The position numbers and the translations under genes were made by a program. The notes beneath the pieces are model-generated. The model worked only from the letters and a program-made list of their open reading frames with translations. It did not search any database and was not told where the DNA came from. DNA of 63,551 bases, the filler included, from Dimorphilus gyrociliatus (Eukaryota > Animalia > Annelida): assembly GCA_904063045.1 (NCBI GenBank). It is 3 parts of 3 records of this genome, joined end to end, with 100 filler letters (N's around TTAATTAATTAA, not from the genome) between each part and the next. Parts side by side here need not be neighbours in the genome. Positions count along the whole stretch, not along the records: positions 23,469 to 53,864 come from CAJFCJ010000136.1; 2 more parts are not named here. One strand, 5' to 3'. Shown here one piece after another: positions 41,757-50,758 of the stretch; position 1 is the first letter of the stretch, and every line of letters begins with the position of its first letter.

Positions 41757-42560
41757 TAAGTCCATTGCAAATTTAAAAAAATCCATTTCCCATATTGTTA
41801 TTACTTTTTAAATTGATTTGTTCAATTTTAGAACATTTCCCAAGTAAATTTCCAATCATTATACATCTTTCTTCATTTAAATCGCATTGTCCAAAATTGA
41901 TATTTTTTAATGTTTTTGATGATTTTGTAAGCAAATGTCATCTAATGCAATTCCAATATTATTATTACCATATAAACTAACTTTTTCAAGATTTTTGCAA
42001 TTTATGAATAATTTTGCTATCAGTCTACTATCTTCTTCTTTTAAACTGCAATGTCGAAAAGACACACATTTCAAGGTTTTTGATGATTTTAAAAGTTTAT
42101 TGCAATGCTTTAATAAATCTCCTAATACTTTGCATAGACCTTCAAATGAACAGATTGGAAATGAAATAAATTTCAATGATTTACATGACGGTAAAAGTCC
42201 ATTACAAATATCTTGAACACCTTTTACTGAACACTTTTTTAAACCAGCTTTAATTATTTCTATATTTGAAAAGTTCTTTTCGAGTATATATCCAAAATTT
42301 TTCACATTGCTTATCAGTCAAGTTACAGAGTTTAATATCAATCATTTTCAAAGTTGACCTTGAAAGAATAAGTCCTCTACATATTTGTAAGACTCCTTGC
42401 CCTATGTTTTTTTTCTCCCTTATTTTGATTGTTTCTATTGAATCACAAAGTCCTAATAATTTCTTAATAGATTCACAATTTTCATTTTTCAAGTTGCAAG
42501 AAATAAATTCAATATTTTTTAAAGTATTTTTTGACTTAGCAATAATTCTATACATGCTAA
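41757..42560 (-). pseudogene. RNI-like LRR gene, frameshifted and interrupted
   Basis: Overlapping ORF pieces 42250-42555, 41907-42305 and below, with repeats CNLTDKQCEK / GQGVLQICRGLILSRSTLK. Frameshifts lie between the pieces. Confidence 0.8.
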
Positions 42561-42568
42561 TTGACTAT

Positions 42569-42957
42569 ATGGCAAAAAATCAGCAATTATAGCATTTTTA
42601 GTCCATGAGAAGGACTCTTCAAAGAATATTTACACAAGGCTAAAAAGCTATTTCAGGGATGAAACTTTGAGTGAAGGTTCAGTAAGGTGGCTTATTAAAA
42701 TAGAAAAGGAAGAAAAAATCTTGAAGACTTACTGAGATCTGGTCATCCAAAGACAGCTATAACAGATCAAAATAAAGAAGCAGTTGATAGGCTTATCAGG
42801 AAAGATCAAATCACTTTCAGAGAGCAATTGCCAAAAAATTAGATGTTGGTCAAGAGGCTGTTGGGAAGATTATTAAGGAGCTGGGGTACAGAAAAATTTG
42901 AGCTAAATGGCTCTCCTATGATCTTAATCAGGATCAAACAGAGGTAAGGGTGTGTAC
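42569..42957 (+). mobile_element. Mariner transposase N-terminal (HTH) relic
   Basis: Translation across frameshifts: AIIAFL..NIYTRLKSYFRDETLSEGSVRW..LEDLLRSGHPKTA..AKKLDVGQEAVGKIIKELGYRKI*AKW, matching the mariner DxxRSGRP and LGxRKxxARW motifs. Confidence 0.8.
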
Positions 42958-43047
42958 TTTGTTGTATTGTAATTGTAGGAATTTCTGCTTCTTCAGAACA
43001 GTATTCGTCCTCACCAATCATTTACCAATAAACCAAAGTACTGGTCC

Positions 43048-43931
43048 AAATAGAACCTTTCAAGTTCATCTCACAGGTAGTCTCAACGAATGCAATTCCG
43101 GCAAAAATTAATCAATGAACCGCCAGTATTTCGTGCAAAGAGTATGTATTGAGTATAATGAGTTTTAGTTCTAAACAAGCAAGTTTAAAAAACTAGCTAA
43201 CAGTTAAAACTGAACTGACGAACTGAGGAAATGCATTTCCTTTTATACATTTACCAAAGCTTGGGTTCAATTGTTCAAAGGAACACAAAGTTGAAATGTA
43301 ACAATCTTACAATGAATGTACAACAAAGACATGAAAAACTATTGCATCACTTCTGGCTAAGATGTGTCACTGCAAAAACAAGCCTGCCTCTTTGGCATCT
43401 GTTTTTGAATAAGATGTAACAAGTTTTGACATGCATTTTTTCTATATTGTTTGTTCCATTGTTAATTCTATAATGCAACATCTGTTTTGGTCAAAGAATA
43501 TGTTTCCTACGAAATAAAAGCCTTTTTAAAGTTCTAGGCTCTATTTCTACTAAATAAATGTCTTTCTAAACTTCCACCATTATAATTTCTATGAAATAAC
43601 ACTTTTTCTAAACTTCCACCATTATAATTGCTACGAAATAAAAGCCTTTCTAAAGTTCTATAATATCTAAGTCTAAATATTTTTATGTTGATGTTTCTAA
43701 GTGCACATTTGTCAACATTCAAATTTGTGAACTATCAACCTTATGAAATTAACAGTTGATAGTTCAGTTCTCTAACAGTCAGCTGGTTGTTTAAGCTAGC
43801 TTGTTCAGAACTAGAAGCTCATTTTACTCAATACATATTCTTTGGACGAAATACTCGTGTTTTATTGCTTAATTTTTACCAAAATTACATTTGTTAGACT
43901 ATTTGTGGACGAACTTTAAAGGTTCTATTTG
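43048..43931. mobile_element. Non-autonomous element with ~180-bp imperfect terminal inverted repeats (MITE/foldback-like)
   Basis: 43048-43230 is the reverse complement of ~43760-43931 (e.g. CAAATAGAACCTTT..; GTATTTCGT(G/C)CAAAGA(G/A)TATGTATTGAGTA). No TSD recognised. Confidence 0.75.
43503..43660. repeat. 42-bp minisatellite (~3.5 units) inside the inverted-repeat element
   Basis: TTCTAAACTTCCACCATTATAATT recurs at 43564 and 43606 (42-bp period). A related unit lies at ~57611-57661. Confidence 0.85.
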
Positions 43932-44769
43932 TGTTTTTTATGACATGGTACACATAAAAAACAAACGCATTGGACAAGAAATGAACAATAAATGGGGTGG
44001 ATCTTACATTAAAACTTAGTCTATACCAAGTCATACATCATATTTGAAAGCTAAGGATCTCCTTATAACAATAACATTGAAAAAAAACTTCATTACCAAA
44101 GAAAATTGCTAAATTTATGTTAGATTGATTATTAATAAAATAATCAATAAGTTTTTAATCACAAAGATTTATAAGAACAAAAAAAACCTCTAAAAATTAG
44201 AAATTTTCTTTCATGGATGTTTTCTGTCCCATCCTAGTAAAATGGGGTTATGTGTGAGCATATCCATTAGCAAATATTTTCAACCTTGAAAACATTTTAG
44301 GAAAGGGTTAATTTGAAAATTTGGTTTGATCTATTCTTAGAGGGATTACAATTTAGGGTTAGGGAATACAAATAACACAGGGATTACATTCAACTTTAGA
44401 TATATTAAGGTAGGCTTCAACCCTCCAAGGGTATGTTCACACCCTCACCCACCCTTGTAAAACACCTGTATGGACACCAGGATATTTTTTGATTTATTTA
44501 TACCTGGACATAGCTCATCAGTAGAATCGAGGCAGTTTTTTTCCTTGTCGCATACCAAATGTGACTTTATACATTATCCATAAAAGCATTGAAAGCTGCT
44601 GAGTGTATAATTAAATTAACATTAGATTCATTGAAAAATTAATGATGTTGGCTAAAAAGAAACCTATATGTCTCATTGCATGGCTCACACACTTGAAACA
44701 AATATTTGAGATAATCAATCTAATATCTAAATTAGCAAGTAAAATTATTATTCACCACATTATTGTTCC

Positions 44770-44990
44770 TCTGAACCATCATTGCAATCATTTTTAAAAT
44801 CACACAAAGTAAAGAATAATTTCTTGTTTCAATTAATAAAAGACACTCAAATGTTATTTTTTCCTCTAAGCAATTATCTTCATCTTCTCTGGATGGACAG
44901 TCTTCATAGTCATTACACAAATGTACACAAATTTCTACACATTTCATCAATCTTGCATTAAAATAACAATTGTCCTTTATATGATACATT
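44770..44990 (-). pseudogene. LDL-receptor class A repeat fragment
   Basis: CVEICVHLCNDYEDCPSREDEDNC fits the LDLa consensus. The following repeat is frameshifted and the fragment is isolated. Confidence 0.65.
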
Positions 44991-45446
44991 TTGTGTCATT
45001 TCTGTGGTATCAAATTTTTCTACAAATTTGAAACAGATCAAAGAAAAAAATGACAAAAGAGGGATTGTTTTTGTTTTTGTTTCATTTTTACCATAGAGTG
45101 AATGACAAAGAATAAAACTATTATGGCTTTTTGACTTGTTCATTTTCTATTGAAGTTAGATAAGGAATATAAATTGAGGGTCTAAAATACCAGGACACCA
45201 TAAATTTTGATAGGCTGAAGATTAAAAATCTTTTTCTTGATCAAAAAAGATTTTATTTTCTATTTTTTAGCAATGAAATATTAAGCAAAACTGGGATCTA
45301 CATAGAAATTTCTATCAAATAATATTTAGATAAGTTTTTACATATTTTTTTTCATTTTTATATAGTGTATATTTTCATAAATTTTTTTCTTATTTGGCTG
45401 TGAGTCACATTATTTGGGACAATGGTTTGGGGACTAATATTTTTGA

Positions 45447-45612
45447 TACTTTTGTATTTGATGACCTTCTTTCTCAATGCATGTACTGATCCTACCCCCC
45501 ATTCCAGCATACAGATTTAGTAGCAAGTCAGGATTTTTGTTTATAAGTTTGTAGGAGCATTCTTTAATTTTCTCCCATAGTTCATCTTCTGATGTGAACT
45601 GTGCCTGTACAC
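45447..45612 (-). mobile_element. Tc1 transposase C-terminal relic (third piece of the family)
   Basis: QFTSEDELWEKIKECSYKLINKNPDLLLNLYAGMG..CIEKEGHQIQK is homologous to the C-terminus encoded at 8622-8800. Confidence 0.85.
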
Positions 45613-46983
45613 TTATGAACTATAGTTTATAGATATTTTATAAATGATACTTACTATATGGTAGAAGTGTTGAAGTAGATGTTGCCTCTAGGGTAGATGG
45701 TACCCAACTGCCGAAATCAACCCCTTTTATAGGCAAAGGATAAGATGTTACATAACAAACATGTTGACAACAACAACAAGTGTTTATTTACATAAATGAT
45801 GTAAGAATTGACCCTTGACGGGTAACCTACACAAAGTTGTTGTTGTTTACATCACTATTGCATAAAAAGATTACCTATGTTATAGGGATGGGGGTGCGAA
45901 TGTACCCATGGTGGGTTGAAGCCTACCTTAATATATCTGAAATTGAGTGTAATATCTGTGTTTTTTATATTCCCTAACCCTAAATTGGAGCCCCTCTAAC
46001 AATAAATTCATCCAAATATTAAAACTAACCCTTTCCTAAAATGTTTTCATGGTTGGAAATATTTGCTAACAGGTACGTTCGCACCCAACCCCATGTTATA
46101 GGCATTCTACCATTTGTCACCATAGAGGAAGGATTGTCTCTTGACAACACTCCGATGCATGTATCAATTTTTTTCAAGGATTTTCTACTTGATTTATTGT
46201 CTATGTTTCCATTTAAACAAAATTCTTTTTAAACTTACCATTTTTTCAGCCCATTTTCATCAAAAGTGCATTTGAAGAATCAATCTACTTAAAAGAAAGG
46301 TAAATAGAATATTAGTAAAAAAGATAATTTTTTTTGTAAAAAACTCAATATTAAAAAATCTAAATAGGATCTCATCAGAAGTAGTGTATTTGCTGCTCAA
46401 ATAATTCTACCATCAACTATACATCTAAAAGAATATTCCAGAAGTATTCTAAGTACTTTATATCTTGTTTAGAAGAGTTTTCCATTTCTAGATAAAATTG
46501 ACAGCCATCAGGCTTGGAATTTTATCAGTTTCAATTGATTCTTTGTAATAAATGCAATAAGATATTTTCTGGAGCCCTTTTCAGGCATTCTATATTAATG
46601 TAAAATACAAATATTTTTCTTTTTTTATTTCAACTGTTAGATTGTAAGGAAAAAAGTTCACCATTAAGGTTATCAATTTCCCTACAGTTAATCTTTTGAA
46701 GGAGTGCCTTTTAATAAATGACCAGTGTGTTTTTAATTAGAACGTCACTCTGTTTATAAATAGTAGGATAATCAGAAATATATTTATTCAGAAAAGTATC
46801 TCAAATGGATGTGTCACACTTGTAACAGGCTAATTAAATAAAAGTTTACGTTAGTTTCTTTTTTGTTATTTATTTAAGAAAGAATAACAAGTTGTGATGG
46901 AAAAAAAGAAATCTCTATCCATGGTTTTAGCCAGACATCTTTGAGGAAAAGGAATGTTTCAAACTCAATTTAAATACAGCAAA

Positions 46984-47209
46984 ATATTGTACTGTTCTTG
47001 CTGGCAAAATTTATGTGTTTCCAAGTTATAACAATACTGTTTCTACTCGAACCTTTAAACAAATGTTTAAATTAAAATGGTTTATTCGCAATAATAATAC
47101 TTAAGCAAGTAACAATATGAGAGTTCGATAGCAGAGTAGATAGTTCGTAAAAGCAGGTTGTCATATTACCAAACTGTCTTCTAATGTTGAGGAGTAGATG
47201 GATGGTTCC
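46984..47209 (+). repeat. 226-bp direct repeat, copy 1
   Basis: Collinear with 50089-50314, with scattered substitutions. Confidence 0.9.
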
Positions 47210-47460
47210 CATATATTTTAACTTGGACTCGAATATCTTAATTGGAGCATTGGTATTTTGAGTGGCCTAACCCAACCTTAACCTAACCCTAAAACAGTCA
47301 AATACTGTTTTGAAGAAGTAGAAATTGTAATGCTTACAATACAACAAAGTACAATATTGTTAGTAATACAATTTTTTTGAACCATTCCAAAAGAATCTAG
47401 ACTGTATTGTGTTGAATATTTTCAATATAAAAAACTGGGTTTGCGAGCATTTGAGCAGAA

Positions 47461-48669
47461 ATGGCAGAAGGTTGCAAGAAAAAAATTGCCCTGTGGACAG
47501 CTCCCAGATCATGTTCAACAGCATTTTCAAGAGCAATGGCTCAATGACCAGATACAAAGGTTAGTATAATTATATTAATAGATTTTAACATTCATTAAAT
47601 TTTCAATTTCTCCATACAACAGGTTTTACTTGAGCCATACATGCCCTGCTTCTACTATTCTTCTGAGAAAAAACATGACAGGTATCTTTATATTCTTTTA
47701 AATTATCATGTAACAAAAAATTCAAAAATAAATGACAAATAAATGAGTTGTTCAGGTTTAATCATTCAAATTATACAACAAATATTTTTGCAGACATGAA
47801 GTACATGAAGTAAATTCAGACATAGGTTACTCTTTCCAAAAGTGCAAAGAAATGTGTGAAAAGGAACCATCTGGTAAACTATCTCTTACAACAACTTCAT
47901 ATAATGATGCTTAAATATTTCAGAGAAATACGTTTTCATCAAAGAATTGGCTTATCAGCTAGGAGGAAGATTTGATGCACTTCCAGACAAATTTCAACAC
48001 ACATTTCTTATTAGGAATCCAAATAAAACTGTCAGATCACTGTATTCTGTAATAAGGAAAGGAGAGGTTATTTTTTTTTTCAATATTTCATACACGAAAT
48101 TAGTCCTAGTGTGAATAACTCATTTAGGACCCAACTTATACTAGTTTTGACAAGACTGAAGCTGGATTAAGCAACTGATGGAACTTTTTGAACATGTTAC
48201 TAAAGTTCTTGGGCAAGAGCCAATAGTAATTGAAGCTGATGATTTAGTGAATAATTCTGGTGAGTAGACAGGATCTTAAAGTTATAAATAAAAACTTTTT
48301 TTTGTTTACTAATTTAATAATTCTAGTTGGTATAGTAAAAAAATACTGTCAGATGGTTGGAATGGACTTTAAACATTGTATGGTGGAATGGGACAGTTCA
48401 ACAACAAATTTTAAAAAGCTTCAACAGAAATATAATTTTTTTAAAAATAATTTGACCACAAATCTGAAAAAAATTGTTTTTTTTTAAGTCATTGGAGTCC
48501 ATGGAATCCATATCATAAATGTCTGTTGTCAACAAACAAATTTGAGAATACTCAAGAAGGAAAAGAGCAGGAATGGGATATTCCAGCAGAGTGCCAGGAA
48601 GCTATTGATGAAAGTATGGATATCTATCAGGAATTGTGCAAGTACAAACTAAAGACGACTGAACAGTAA
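47461..48669 (+). pseudogene. P-loop sulfotransferase-like gene (family of the N-terminal domain of BCAT-like proteins), disrupted
   Basis: Exons 47461-47559 (IALWTAPRSCSTAFSRAMAQ*PD), 47623-47681 (LEPY), 47794-47873, 47924-48066 (FIKELAY..HTFLIRNP), 48128-48259 (PIVIEADDL), ~48328-48669. In-frame TGA at 47545-47547, a 1-bp deletion near 48165, and no GT donor for the last intron. Confidence 0.8.
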
Positions 48670-50088
48670 TTTAGAAAAAAAAAAAGAAATTATGGCTTAA
48701 AGGCTTAGAATATAACTATTTTCTATTCAAAACAATCTGTATGGGATGTGGTAGAAAACGGCCATAAATCTATGGTTTTACCCTAACCCTAACCCAGCCC
48801 TTGTTTTTGCCTAACCTTTTTGAATACCCCTAACTCTTAGATGGGACCCTCCTGAGAACATATCAACAGTTATCTTATTCCTCCTAACCATTTCCCATGC
48901 TGAAATCTAACTTTCAAATATTTCATTTATGGCTGTTTTCAACCAGTCCCCTTTTATATATATATGCTTTCATAGTTAGAATATTTCAATTGTGAATTGT
49001 TGAACTCAAGACATGAACTAATTCTTTTTCACATACTTTTGTCTAACCTTGTCTGGAAAATGTAGGTCAGAAATTATCAATACAATATTTTGTCAGGTTT
49101 TTTCATTTTGATTATTTAGAAAATGAATAGAAAAAACTGATTTATATCTGACACTTTTGAATTATCAATACTGTGCACTTCTGTTCGATATAGATGCTCT
49201 TTTAGAAAATTGTAGACTTAATTCATTACTATTTAATATGAATACTTCACAATAGCATTGAGCACTAGGAATGCACAATTCTATTATACATAAATAGACT
49301 GTACAAATACAGTTGGGATGAGAATGAAATTCCTAGGATTGCAATACAACAAAGTGCATCTACTTTCAGTTAAATTTAAAGTTTAAAACTTTTAAAAAAT
49401 TTTCATTGTGCATGAAATTCATCTGCCAGAATGATCTCAGAGACAGATGGAGCTACTTAGATAGCTTCTTTTTTCAATAAATAATTCTTTTTTACAAATA
49501 TTAGATATAAAAGAACTATGGAACAAAACCCAACTTGTACAATATTTTCAAAACAGAACAAAAAAATGAGACCAATAGCAATATTCTGTATATAATTTAA
49601 TAGGTTTTATTGCCGCTCAATGTGTATGCACTGCCCTTTGCAAAACTAGGTCATATCTCTATGAGTGCTATTTGTATAATACAATACTGGTTCAAAAATA
49701 CTTCTCATTTTCCACCTTGTTCAGAAAAATTGTTGTAAGTAATTTATTAATTGATAGAATTAAGAAGAAATTCATTTACAACTTTTAATCAACAATATTT
49801 CTGATAGCACATGCAATAATAAACAATGTATATATAAAAGAGATGAATGTGATATTAATATGGACTGCCTTGATGGTAGTGATGAGAAATATTGCCATAA
49901 GATGACAATACATACACATAAGATATAATTATATTTTTTATATTTCCTTTATAATTCTATAGAAATGTTCTTTTATTTAAAACAACTAATGAAAAACTTT
50001 ATTAATTATGCCAACTTACCAATAAAAAGATGTAAGAACAGATTTATTAAAAAAAGTCAAATTTGTGATTTTAAACCTAATTGCATTG

Positions 50089-50314
50089 ATATTGTACTGC
50101 TCTTGCTGGCAAAATCTATGCGTTTGCAAGTTATAACAATACTGGTTCTACTCGAACCTTTAAACAAATGTTTAAATTAAAATGGTTTATTCGCAATAAT
50201 AATACTTAAGCAAGTAACAATATGAGAGTTCAATAGCAGAGTAGATAGTTTGTAATAGCAGGTTGCCAAATTACCAAACTGTCTTCCAATGTTGAGGAGT
50301 AGATGGATGGTTCC
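50089..50314 (+). repeat. 226-bp direct repeat, copy 2
   Basis: Collinear with 46984-47209. Confidence 0.9.
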
Positions 50315-50483
50315 AGTGGAGGTTGTTTCCAGATGATTTTCCCAGGTCCTTGGGTCCAGATGGAAGCTGCATGCCAAATGAGAATAATGAGGATTTATAT
50401 ACTTTGAGGTTTGTCTCTGACATCCAATCATCACTTTACAGTTGCCGAAATGTGTAGTTCATATTTATCTTTAGTAACAGGAT

Positions 50484-50727
50484 GTTACAAGGTTCAACAT
50501 TTAGGAAGGTTAATTGAATTATAACTTGGCCACACCCTAGGCAAGTTAATTAAATTATAACTTGGCCAAACCTTTATTGGTAATTAAAGATGAACCTTCA
50601 AGCTGACTAATCAGACTTATGTTTGGCCAATGTTATAGCATTTTCTTGCGTAGGTTTTAAGATGTACATGTATATGTTGCATAAAATAATAGAGTTCAAG
50701 CATGTAAAATATAACCAAAGTTGTACA
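50484..50727 (-). repeat. Putative 3' LTR (244 bp)
   Basis: Minus strand begins TGTACAAC one base after the PPT and ends CTTGTAACA. It contains AATAAA (plus-strand TTTATT at ~50573) and a duplicated AATTATAACTTGGCCA motif. The second LTR is not available to confirm the boundaries. Confidence 0.7.
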
Positions 50728-50728
50728 A

Positions 50729-50742
50729 CTTCCCCCTTCTTT
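50729..50742 (-). promoter_or_regulatory. Polypurine tract (plus-strand priming site)
   Basis: AAAGAAGGGGGAAG lies between the env stop and the TG start of the LTR. Confidence 0.8.
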
Positions 50743-50758
50743 GTGAAGATGAGTCCCT

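Larger units (their letters stand above)
44235..46105. repeat. Pair of ~220-bp diverged inverted repeats (44235-44455 and 45888-46105)
   Basis: For example, AGATATATTAAGGTAGGCTTCAACCC at ~44399 versus GGGTTGAAGCCTACCTTAATATATCT at ~45913, and AATTTAGGGTTAGGGAATA versus TATTCCCTAACCCTAAATT. Confidence 0.8.

Noticed and set aside
43503-43722. Repeat array as CRISPR, or the 62-aa ORF as a repeat protein
   Set aside because: The units are contiguous tandem copies without unique spacers, in eukaryotic DNA with no cas genes; the ORF merely translates the 42-bp unit.
47545-47547. In-frame TGA as selenocysteine or readthrough
   Set aside because: The position fits Arg (CGA) rather than Cys, additional independent lesions are present, and no SECIS was recognised.
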